Of a DNA stretch of 64,000 bases, positions 50,781 to 59,603 are shown in pieces. The DNA is from Smithellaceae bacterium. GTDB taxonomy: Bacteria; Desulfobacterota; Syntrophia; Syntrophales; Smithellaceae. The stretch covers positions 3,392,001-3,456,000 of the forward strand of contig CAXXVL010000002.1 of assembly GCA_963667845.2 (NCBI GenBank), given 5' to 3'. The stretch's first letter is position 1. Each line of letters opens with the position of its first letter. Under the pieces are notes generated by a model. The model saw only the letters and a program-made list of their open reading frames with translations. It was not told the origin of the DNA and ran no database searches. Both the position numbers and the translations under genes were made by a program.

Positions 50781-51250
50781 AGCCGTTTCTTTCCCGGGTG
50801 ATTTTGCAACCTTGTTGCACGGAGGCACCCGTTACAAAGCCCCGAAATATTGATTTCGATGTGCTCAACACTATAGTTGTCGCGTGCCGCCATCAACTGA
50901 CGCGCCTGGGAAAACGTCAGCGGCGTGAGGCAGTTCAGTGTCCCGCAACTTTTACAGCTGAAGTGCGGATGCACCGGATGATCCGACGTTGCCATTTCGA
51001 CATAAACCGCACCGCCCGCCGAAAGAACGTCCCGGATAATGCCCTGCTTCTTGAAAAGGGAAATAATCCGGTAAACGGTCACTTTATTAATGCGCGTATG
51101 TTTTTCCAATCTCTCGCGAATGACACCCACGCGGAGCGGTTGATCGGCTGCTTGCAGAATCTTCAGGACGGCCCGGCGCTGCGGCGTTTGGGCAATCCCC
51201 GCCTGCCGAAGCGTTTCTATCGCAGGAGGTTTAGTCATGCTTTTTTTCAT
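50777..51250 (-). CDS. zur: Fur-family regulator, probably Zur
   Basis: TPQR..VL, TVYR, HPHFSCKSCG, GLCNGC; heads the znuACB operon. Confidence 0.8.
   Translation of the reverse strand: MKKSMTKPPAIETLRQAGIAQTPQRRAVLKILQAADQPLRVGVIRERLEKHTRINKVTVYRIISLFKKQGIIRDVLSAGGAVYVEMATSDHPVHPHFSCKSCGTLNCLTPLTFSQARQLMAARDNYSVEHIEINISGLCNGCLRATRLQNHPGKKRL
50804..50820. promoter_or_regulatory. Second Zur-box-like palindrome, inside the zur 3' end and upstream of znuA
   Basis: TTGCAAC-CTT-GTTGCAC. Confidence 0.65.
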
Positions 51251-51269
51251 GGTATGCCCGTGTACCAAA

Positions 51270-51288
51270 ATTGCAACCGGGTTGCAAT
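51270..51288. promoter_or_regulatory. Zur-box-like palindrome upstream of zur
   Basis: ATTGCAAC-CGG-GTTGCAAT; resembles the deltaproteobacterial (Desulfovibrio-type) Zur motif TGCAAC-N3-GTTGCA. Confidence 0.75.
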
Positions 51289-51427
51289 ACATATAAATTC
51301 GCCGGCAAAAACCATCTGCGCAATTATTGCAGTATTATTTTGTCAATTTCATACAGGAATGTTATAAAGATACGGACAAATATTTGCCGGTTCAAAATCG
51401 AAGGCAACCTTCAAAGGAGGACGACTG

Positions 51428-51964
51428 ATGAAACCGATTGGACCCTTAATGTGGGAGCATCGTCTGATTGAAAAAATGCTGGTGGCGATGATGCGTCATA
51501 TGGATAAAGCGGAAGCCGACAAAAGCGTCAACCCCGTGATCATCGACACGGCCGTTGATTTCGTCCGGACCTATGCGGACCGCACGCATCACGGCAAAGA
51601 AGAAGAAATCCTGTTTCGGGACCTTGCAAAAAAGGAACTGACCGCCGATCTCAAAAGAATCATGCAGGAATTGATTGACGAACACATATGGGGCAGAAAA
51701 ACAACGGCGCAGATCGTCGCTGCCAAAGAGGCCTATTTATCGGGTGATGAAGGGAAACTCGCCGACATCATTCATTTGGCCCGGGAGCTGGGCGGTTTTT
51801 ATCCGAGGCACATTGAAAAAGAAGACAAACACTTCTTCTATCCCTGCCAGGAATACTTCAACAAAGATGAACAGGAAAAGATGCTGGCCGAATTCTGGGA
51901 ATTCGACCGCAAGATGGTCCACGAAAAATATAACAAAGTCTTTGAATACTATACCGGTCTATAA
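51428..51964 (+). CDS. Hemerythrin/HHE cation-binding domain protein
   Basis: LMWEHRLI, YADRTHHGKEEEILF, EH, HIEKED. Confidence 0.9.
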   Translation: MKPIGPLMWEHRLIEKMLVAMMRHMDKAEADKSVNPVIIDTAVDFVRTYADRTHHGKEEEILFRDLAKKELTADLKRIMQELIDEHIWGRKTTAQIVAAKEAYLSGDEGKLADIIHLARELGGFYPRHIEKEDKHFFYPCQEYFNKDEQEKMLAEFWEFDRKMVHEKYNKVFEYYTGL

Positions 51965-52040
51965 ATCATTGGTGCTATTGAAGTGCGTCTAACGCTGCTT
52001 TGTATACCTTTCGCATCTCGACGATGACTGCAAATCCTCT

Positions 52041-52111
52041 TAGAACAAGGGGTCTCGCCACCCGAATGGGTGGTTGCAACCACCACCGAAGGGTGGCAGT
52101 CCCTTGTTCTA
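52041..52111. repeat. Long nested palindrome (REP-like)
   Basis: TAGAACAAGGG...GCCACCC...GGTGGTTGCAACCACC...GGGTGGC...CCCTTGTTCTA. Confidence 0.75.
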
Positions 52112-52194
52112 TTGTCATGCTTACTAAATCTGCCTAAAAGAATTTCCGATGCAAGCACTGGCACAGCCTGTCAACCAAACGGGAAGACTTCAGC

Positions 52195-52252
52195 AATGCA
52201 CAGAAGAACGGTCGCTTCCACCCCTAAGGGCGACGCGGCCGTTCCCTGCATT
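52195..52252. repeat. Second long hairpin (REP-like)
   Basis: AATGCA..GAACGGTCGC..CCCtaaGGG..GCGGCCGTTC..TGCATT. Confidence 0.6.
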
Positions 52253-52262
52253 TGGATGGGAA

Positions 52263-52916
52263 CTAATACCGCCAGCCGAAGAAACCGAAAGCCAGGATAT
52301 TCATGAAAACCGGAACGGCATAGATGATTCCCACGGTCGTTATCTTGGCCTTCATTGTTTTGAGGCTGATGACCAGTATGGCAAAGCAGAAGAAGTGGAA
52401 GTAACCGATGAAGAAGACCAGCCAGATGCCTTTAAAAGATAAATACCAGAAGGGATACTCCCACACCAGGTGCCCGCCCAGATTCAGAACGCATTCAATG
52501 AAAACACAGAAGATGCTGTAGCCGATGGCCCAGAACCATTTTTCCGGAACGCCCAGAATTTTTTCTTTTTTGCTCTCCGAAAGGGTATTGTAATAAATGA
52601 TGCCCAGGAGCATGAACATGAACATGATTTCAATATTCCAGCCCACCATCGTCCGGAGCGCGGTGTCGCCCGGTGTCGTCCAGAAAGCGGAACGCCCCGT
52701 GATATTCAAGACCCACCCGTTCCAGGTCTCGTTAAAAAAATCTGCGCCGAAGATGGTTAAACCGGCCAAAAAAGCGTTCCAGTCACCGGATTTTTTCGCG
52801 TCTTTGATTTCACGCGTATACACATAAAAGACAATTGCCATAAGCGGAATCACGTACCATTTAATCATGGAAAGGTCGCGCAATCCGCACAGGGCCTGCT
52901 GGGTTGCTTCGGTCAT
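52263..52916 (-). CDS. Hypothetical integral membrane protein
   Basis: AGGAGG RBS; about 6 hydrophobic helices; Trp-rich. Confidence 0.8.
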   Translation of the reverse strand: MTEATQQALCGLRDLSMIKWYVIPLMAIVFYVYTREIKDAKKSGDWNAFLAGLTIFGADFFNETWNGWVLNITGRSAFWTTPGDTALRTMVGWNIEIMFMFMLLGIIYYNTLSESKKEKILGVPEKWFWAIGYSIFCVFIECVLNLGGHLVWEYPFWYLSFKGIWLVFFIGYFHFFCFAILVISLKTMKAKITTVGIIYAVPVFMNILAFGFFGWRY

Positions 52917-52977
52917 GGTAACCTCCTTGCAAGTGTTAACGGTGAAAGCGTGAATGACGGTTCATGAAATATTTACA

Positions 52978-54531
52978 TTACTGAGGCAATTTAATTTTTT
53001 GTCCTAAACACAGGACATCTTTATCTGCCATATTATTGATTTTACGCAATTCGTCGACGGTCATTTTGCAGCTCTTCGCGAGAGAGAAGAGCGTATCGCC
53101 CTTTTTGACCGTATAGCTTTTCAAAGGCCCGGCGGCGGCGCGTTCCGGCTCGGCAGCCGGGATGAGAATCTTCCGGCCGACATAGAGCGGATCGGTTATT
53201 TTCAGGTGATTCAGTTTTAAGAGTATTGCCAGCGTCGTTTCATGCCTCCTCGCGATGGCATTCAAATTGTCGCCGCGTTTGACGCGATAGGTCGCCGTTT
53301 TTAATGAACGCTCCGAATCCGCCGTCTTCTTTATTGCGGGAAAGTCTTTCTCCTCCGGTTTAGCCGCGTCCTCGGTTGACGCCGCAACCGCTGTCCCGGA
53401 GAAATAATTGGCAACCGAAGCGGCAACCGCTTGCGCGATTGTTTTCCGGAAGCTGTTCTTCTTCAACAGACGTTCTTCCTCGGCATGGGAGATAAACGCA
53501 GTCTCCAGAAGGACCGCCGGCGTATCCAGCAGCTTCAACACACGGAAAGGCGCTTCATGAAAGACGGGACATTTCAGGTACTGCACGCGGCCCACTTGAT
53601 CGAGTAAATCCGCGGCAAATGTTTTCGATAGATTGATCGTGTTGGTTTGAAACATATTCAGGATAATCTCGTCGGACTGATTATTGCCCTCTCCATTGGG
53701 GACACCGCCGACGATATCGGAGAGGTTTTCGTTGTTGGCCAGTAATTTCGCAGCTTCATTACTCGCCGCCCCCGTGGAAAGACAATAAACGGAACTGCCC
53801 CGGGCCTGCCGGTTTCTGGCCGCGTCGGCATGGACACTGATAAAGAGGCTCGCATTGGACAGCCTGGCGACATTCAGGCGCTTGCTGAAAGACACATAAT
53901 AATCTCCATCGCGGGTTAAGACCGCATAATATCCGGGCATAGCGTCAATCGCTTTTTTGATTTCGCGGCTCATGGCCAGAACGACATGTTTTTCATACGT
54001 TCCGTTTTTACCCACGGCACCGGGGTCTTCTCCGCCGTGGCCGGGATCAATCACAATCACTCTTTTCTTCACGGACGGTATGATGCGCGGCCTGACCGCC
54101 TCTACTTTGGCGGCCGGCTCCACGATAATGTCTACAACGATGCGATCAGGCTTATCGAGAATTTTTTTGAGCTTGAATACTTCGGTGGTCAAATATTCCG
54201 TGAGGGCAATTTCAATCTTACAGGTGTCATCGTCCGCCGTCGAAAAGATGATTTTGCTGACGCCTGGTTTTCCGACCATTATTTCGCCGGCCAGAGAGGG
54301 ATGAAATGACGCGCCTCTAAACTCAAGAGTCAGGATATTGTCTCTAAGGTAAAACTGATAATCCGGTTCGGCGCTGAGATCAAACACTACGCGCGTGTGA
54401 TCGGGCGCGGCCCAGTGCCGGACTTTGGATATTTCAGTCGCAGCGTATCCGTATGCAGACCATAAGACCAGGACAAGAATTGCCAGGCCGTATAATAGGT
54501 ACTTCGTTCCCCTTTGCGCAACTGATTGCAT
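52978..54531 (-). CDS. N-acetylmuramoyl-L-alanine amidase (AMIN + Amidase_3 + 2 LysM)
   Basis: TRVVFDL, IDPGHGGEDPGA, LTRDGD, FISVHAD, AVLLET, Y.VK.GD.L x2. Confidence 0.93.
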   Translation of the reverse strand: MQSVAQRGTKYLLYGLAILVLVLWSAYGYAATEISKVRHWAAPDHTRVVFDLSAEPDYQFYLRDNILTLEFRGASFHPSLAGEIMVGKPGVSKIIFSTADDDTCKIEIALTEYLTTEVFKLKKILDKPDRIVVDIIVEPAAKVEAVRPRIIPSVKKRVIVIDPGHGGEDPGAVGKNGTYEKHVVLAMSREIKKAIDAMPGYYAVLTRDGDYYVSFSKRLNVARLSNASLFISVHADAARNRQARGSSVYCLSTGAASNEAAKLLANNENLSDIVGGVPNGEGNNQSDEIILNMFQTNTINLSKTFAADLLDQVGRVQYLKCPVFHEAPFRVLKLLDTPAVLLETAFISHAEEERLLKKNSFRKTIAQAVAASVANYFSGTAVAASTEDAAKPEEKDFPAIKKTADSERSLKTATYRVKRGDNLNAIARRHETTLAILLKLNHLKITDPLYVGRKILIPAAEPERAAAGPLKSYTVKKGDTLFSLAKSCKMTVDELRKINNMADKDVLCLGQKIKLPQ

Positions 54532-54768
54532 GTCCGAAAAGTAACAAATTTCCGGGCCAACTGCAAGGAAAGGATTATTGTCCGAAGGATGGGTAGACGA
54601 AATGATCCGCCGGTAATTCGTCCATTGATGTTAACGGGGTGTGACAATAGATCGTCGCGGGGCCTGACAGCCGAAAGTGTCGGTCTCACTGATCCGTGCT
54701 GCGAAAATCAGTTGACAACCTCTTTTGTAAATGTAAATTGTGAGCGCACCAGTAAGGAATAATGTGGA

Positions 54769-56328
54769 TTGACCATGCAGAAATATCGATTCAAAGAGGC
54801 GCTGTTGAATCCATCCGTATTCCCGGTCACCTGGGAATTGGTGCCGGGAAGGGGTGCAAAAGAAGCAGCGCAGGACAGAGCCATCGCCCAGGCCGCGCAG
54901 GCGGCCGCCGGCGGAAAGGTTTGCGCCCTGACGCTCACGGACAATCCGGGCGGCACCCCCGCCATGTCCGCCGATTTCATGGGCGTTGAAATTCTCAAGC
55001 TGGGTATCGAGCCTCTCGTTCACTTCACCTGCAAAGACAAGAACCGCAATCAGATTGAAAGCCAGCTCTATGCGCTGGACCGGGCCGGCGTCCGCAATCT
55101 TCTCATCATGAGCGGTGATTATCCCGTATCCGGATATCAGGGAAGACCTGCCCCGGTTTTTGACCTGGATCCGATTCATGTCCTTCAATTGGTAAGCGAC
55201 ATGAACCGCGGACTTGAGTATCCGGCAATCAGGGGGGTCGTTCATCACCAGCCGAGCGATTTTTTTGCCGGCGCCGTTGTCTCTCCCTTCAAAGCGACTG
55301 AAGCGGAACAAATGAGCCAGTATTTCAAATTGCAGAAGAAAGTCGAAGCCGGTGCACAATTCATCGTTACGCAACTGGGATATGACGCCAGAAAGTTTCA
55401 TGAAGTGCTGCTTTTCATGAAACAAAGCAATTTCAATATCCCTCTTATCGGAAACATTTACATCCTTCCGTTCGGCGCAGCCAAAATGATGAACCGCAAT
55501 GACCTGCCCGGCTCCGTGGTTACCGATAAGCTGCTTGCCCAGCTGGATCAGGAGCGCAATGATCCCGACAAAGGCGAGGGGGCCAGAATCCTGCGCGCCG
55601 CCCGGATGTATGCGATCCTGAAAGGCATGGGATTTGACGGGGTCCACATCGGCGGTCATAACATCAGGTATGAGCAGGTGGAGGAAATTACCCGTCTCGG
55701 CGAAACGCTCACTCCCGAGTGGCCCCACCTCATCCACTATTTTGATTATCCGCTGGATAACGGATTTTATTATTTTGAGCGCGACCTGGCGACTGGGCTC
55801 AACAGCGTAAAGGCCGCGTCGCGTCAATCCCGGCCGCTCGATGCCGACATCGAATGCACATACGGATTTTCGCGGACATTTCACCAACTGATGTTCGAAC
55901 CGGGGAAAAAGCTTTACGGTATGATGAAGAAATTGAGTCATCGAGTGCAGGGTTCAAAGCTGGAACATTTTTTTCACAAGACGGAACACTTAAGTAAAGT
56001 TATGCTCTTTGACTGCCGGGACTGCGGGGATTGCGCACTTATTGATGTCGCCTACCTGTGCCCCATATCGCAGTGCCCGAAAAACCAGCGCAACGGCGCC
56101 TGCGGCGGTAGTTTTCAGGGCTGGTGTGAAGTCCATCCCGGAAAGAGAAAGTGCGTCTATGTCCGCGCATACGCCCGTTTAAAGAAGCACGGAGAAGAAA
56201 TGCACCTGCGCGAAGTTAACGTTCCCCCCTGCAACTGGGACCTTTATCAGACATCTTCCTGGATCAATTATTATCTGGGTAAAGACCATACCTCTAAGAA
56301 GCAGTCGCAGAATTCCCCCGGAAAATAA
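54769..56328 (+). CDS. metF: Methylenetetrahydrofolate reductase with a fused C-terminal Cys-rich (MetV-like) domain
   Basis: TDNPGG, HFTCKDKNR, SGDYP, KKVEAGAQFIVTQ; CRDCGDC...CPKNQRNGACGGS...CEV. Confidence 0.85.
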   Translation: MTMQKYRFKEALLNPSVFPVTWELVPGRGAKEAAQDRAIAQAAQAAAGGKVCALTLTDNPGGTPAMSADFMGVEILKLGIEPLVHFTCKDKNRNQIESQLYALDRAGVRNLLIMSGDYPVSGYQGRPAPVFDLDPIHVLQLVSDMNRGLEYPAIRGVVHHQPSDFFAGAVVSPFKATEAEQMSQYFKLQKKVEAGAQFIVTQLGYDARKFHEVLLFMKQSNFNIPLIGNIYILPFGAAKMMNRNDLPGSVVTDKLLAQLDQERNDPDKGEGARILRAARMYAILKGMGFDGVHIGGHNIRYEQVEEITRLGETLTPEWPHLIHYFDYPLDNGFYYFERDLATGLNSVKAASRQSRPLDADIECTYGFSRTFHQLMFEPGKKLYGMMKKLSHRVQGSKLEHFFHKTEHLSKVMLFDCRDCGDCALIDVAYLCPISQCPKNQRNGACGGSFQGWCEVHPGKRKCVYVRAYARLKKHGEEMHLREVNVPPCNWDLYQTSSWINYYLGKDHTSKKQSQNSPGK

Positions 56329-56422
56329 CCGGACACTAAAAACCATCTTTCTGCCTTCTTTTTCACATGATGGAATTTATTCATTGAAGATTACGCCCGG
56401 ATATAGTAGAAGCACCGGGCAT

Positions 56423-56499
56423 GGGCGATTAGCTCAGTTGGATAGAGCGCTGGCCTCCGAAGCCATAGGCCGAGAGTTCGAGTCTCTCATCGCCCACCA
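56423..56499 (+). tRNA. tRNA-Arg (anticodon CCG)
   Basis: Acceptor GGGCGAT/ATCGCCC; D arm GCTC/GAGC; anticodon loop CT-CCG-AA; T arm GAGAG-TTCGAGT-CTCTC; encoded CCA. Confidence 0.95.
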
Positions 56500-56528
56500 A
56501 GCCATCATCCAAGCTCATCAGGAAACCC

Positions 56529-56561
56529 AAAAACCCCCGCCGAAAAACAGCGGGGGTTTTT
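56529..56561 (+). terminator. Terminator after tRNA-Arg
   Basis: AAAAACCCCCGC...GCGGGGGTTTTT. Confidence 0.8.
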
Positions 56562-56685
56562 GTTTGTCCATTTTTTATCGCAAGGACATCCGCGGGAGCT
56601 TCGCAAACGGTTGCAGCCCGAATAATCAAAACATGCCCGATTCCATCCCTGCTTCTTTCTCTGCGCCCTTTCGCAGTGCTGCGGG

Positions 56686-57898
56686 CTAAGATACAATGCT
56701 TTTGTCGAACAACTCGCGGATTTTTTCTTCCGGATAGCCCATGTCCTTCAGGATTTGACGGGTATGTTCACCGAGACCCGGCGCGGGCCTTGGTTTGACT
56801 TTGTCCGATCCTTCGATTGTCAGAGGGCTGTTCACCGTACAGAAGATTCCGTAGCGAGGGTGATCGACCTCGACGAAGACGTCCGTGGCAGCCATCTGCG
56901 GGTCATTGGCGATCTCTCCGGATGAAGGGATGGTGGAAAAGGGAATATCGTATTCCGTAAGCGCACGGACCCAATGGGCGAGATCGTATTGGGCGATCAT
57001 CTGATCGATGATGCCGATAAGTTCCGCCATGTGCTCGACACGGACTTGAACGGTTGCAAACCGTGGATCGTCGATCAGATCCGGCCTTGCGATGGCCAGA
57101 CAGAAAGGCGCCCAGCCTTTGACGTGATCGTGGATATTGAGTTTGAATTTGCGGCCGTCATTCGGCCTGTAATAGATATATGTGGAATTATAGGCCCGTT
57201 CTCGCGGGACCTTCTCATTGTAGCGCGCGCCGCAGAGACCCGCGGAAATCATCGTCGCATTGCTCCAGGCGCCGGACGCAAGAAGCGAGGTCGATACCCT
57301 GGCGCCTTTACCGGTCTTTTCCCGCCCCAGCAGAGCCAGCAGGACCGCGCTCAGTAAATTCATGCCGCTCGGACGGTCTCCCGATCCATAGGGAAGCGGC
57401 GAGAGCCAGCCCTCAACAGGGAACACCTGGTCCTCAAAACCGGACCGTGTCCAGTAGGAGACCATATCATATCCGGGCTTGCTCGCTTCGGGTCCCTTTT
57501 CCCCATACCCTGTGGCATAGGCATAAACCAGGCGGCTGTTGATCTTTTGAAAATCTTCATACGTCATCCGGAGTTTTTCCAGGGCGGCTGCCCGATAGTT
57601 CGTCATAAAAACGTCCGCATTCCGGATGAGTTTTTGCAGGATTTCCCGGGCCGCTTCTTCCTTGAGATTTAACACCATGCCTTTTCTTATTTCTGTTCTC
57701 AACCTGAAATGCGTAAGGTATTTCCGCTACGGGCATTCCGGGGAGCTGATGCCCGTAGCGATGGATATCGCCACCGCCCGGCGGTTCGATCTTGATAACG
57801 TCGGCGCCGAAGTCGGCCAGGACCGCCGCCGTTGTGGGCACCAGGACGTTCGACGACGCCTCGATGGCGCGCAGGCCCTACAAAATAGGCTGCTCCAT
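56686..57898 (-). pseudogene. CaiB/BaiF family (class III) CoA transferase, disrupted
   Basis: MEQPIL*GLRAIE (TAG at 57878-57880), LADFGADVIKIEPP..GD..R, +1 frameshift at ENRNKK (T4 run 57682-57685), then ADVFMTNYR, GYGEKGP, PAPGLGEHT. Confidence 0.88.
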
Positions 57899-58059
57899 TT
57901 ATCTCTCCTATGCATCTGCTTTAAATTGGTATTGCACCATTATTGCCTATTTTATTTCCTACCGGATGCTTTCCATAAAATGGTCAACTTTTTACATGAA
58001 AGCCCTCACCCGGTAAAAATTCGGTTTTCGGCATCTTCTGTCGACTTATTTTTCAGCCT

Positions 58060-59409
58060 TCAATTTTGACGGGAAGCTATCGCGGCGCAATTGTTTTTCC
58101 GACTTTCCTTAGTCATCTCATCCACAATCTTCTGTTGCGACCAGGTTTCACGTTCTGCAAAACGGGGGTCCGTCTTTCCGTATTTTTTTTGAATGAAAGA
58201 AATGGATTCCCGGGCATCCTTCAGGTGGATGGCTATGATGCCGCACTTGTCCAGTCCCCAGCGGGCCTCAACCGTGGCTCCGGGGTCTGAAGACATCCAT
58301 TTGAAATTCTGAAATACATGCTGCAAATTAACAGAACGGTCAGGAGAAATTTGCAGTCGAATCTTGTCCATTTTGTCGAGAATAGAATTCCGGTCCAGAT
58401 GATTTTTGCCGATGATTTCTTCCAGATGGTCAATCATAACGCCGATAAATTCATCCCGGTCGAGTGTGCTGTAGATTTCCCAAAAACGCGAGCCTTCCGG
58501 GCATTTAATTTCATGACATTTCTTATGACCATCAAGAACGACGGGTATTCTTTCGTTCAACCGGCGCGTGAGAGTATTTATTATTTTTTCCGTCTTCTCA
58601 CTGGGGTCGTAGATTTTCGGGTCAATGCGCTTTTCCACCGCTTCGAAATAGTCCGCATACCCCTTGGCGAAAGCTGACGAATACTGTTCTTCGGAATAGA
58701 AGGGATACTCCTTCACAGGGAGATAGTGCCACCCATTGCCTGTCTTGACCGGCCAGCGAAATCTCACAAACCCGGAAACGCGGTCATGACCGGGCGGAAG
58801 GAACATGAAATTCCTGAGGAGCATCTTCTGGACCCTTGTCGGCAGGTTCGCTTCCAGGGTCTGGATCGGATGGGCCGCACTGCCATCCGTGACAAGACGG
58901 CATACGATGCCGGCATGATCTCCGGCAATCAGAAAGATGGTTCCGGCCGTGACGGAGTCCGCGGCAATATGGATGGGATAGGTATCATAAGGCAGGGTTC
59001 GCGTTGATGTTCTGTAGATCATATACAGCAGCGCAGTTCGAAACCGACGATCCTTTTCCCAATTCTCATCGGTCGGCAGATGTTTCCAATCCGTTGACCA
59101 GTGCCCGATCAGACGGTTATCGACTGTTCTGGCGGCGGCCGGCAGATGATGGATGCGGGCATAAATCCAGCGCAGCGCATAGGGCACATCGGCGCAGTCC
59201 ACCCGCATTTCATGGCGAATGAAAAACTCTTCCGTAATATTCGTTTCGATCCACTTACTGTAATTATATTCCTCTTGAACCGTCCACCGGCGTTCGCCGA
59301 CTTTCCACAGCTGAGAATCAGACTCCCGGGAATTGTCACCAAATGCAGACGTCACCGGGAAGGTGAATGCCACAAGGAATATAGCGATCAGACGAAAAGA
59401 AAATTTCAT
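58060..59409 (-). CDS. Secreted hypothetical protein, paralogue 1 (cryptic NlpC/P60-like)
   Basis: Signal peptide; DCAD...AGTIFL..DHAGIV...LEAN; colinear with 59604-60947. Confidence 0.75.
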   Translation of the reverse strand: MKFSFRLIAIFLVAFTFPVTSAFGDNSRESDSQLWKVGERRWTVQEEYNYSKWIETNITEEFFIRHEMRVDCADVPYALRWIYARIHHLPAAARTVDNRLIGHWSTDWKHLPTDENWEKDRRFRTALLYMIYRTSTRTLPYDTYPIHIAADSVTAGTIFLIAGDHAGIVCRLVTDGSAAHPIQTLEANLPTRVQKMLLRNFMFLPPGHDRVSGFVRFRWPVKTGNGWHYLPVKEYPFYSEEQYSSAFAKGYADYFEAVEKRIDPKIYDPSEKTEKIINTLTRRLNERIPVVLDGHKKCHEIKCPEGSRFWEIYSTLDRDEFIGVMIDHLEEIIGKNHLDRNSILDKMDKIRLQISPDRSVNLQHVFQNFKWMSSDPGATVEARWGLDKCGIIAIHLKDARESISFIQKKYGKTDPRFAERETWSQQKIVDEMTKESRKNNCAAIASRQN

Positions 59410-59603
59410 AAAATCCAATTCTTCGGACCTCCACCAACAGCCGAAACCGCCGTCGATTTCCCTGTATTACAGTCGGCTCCGGAAAACAACAAGAAATACG
59501 TCTCCGTGATGACGGGCATCACACAATTGGCATTTAGTGATTAAAAGCAAATTATTTTGAAGGGTGTGGCGCAGGCCTGCTACGGCAGCATACTCCTCAA
59601 GCA

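Noticed and set aside
54540..54760. Possible SAM/THF/ZTP riboswitch upstream of metF
   Set aside because: A hairpin is present at about 54652-54695 but no riboswitch consensus, and a TTGACA-N16-TAAATT promoter candidate lies downstream of it
54631..55941. 436-aa minus-strand ORF
   Set aside because: Antisense shadow of metF
57878..57880. Pyrrolysine read-through of the in-frame TAG
   Set aside because: The gene also has a frameshift and no pyl genes are in the window
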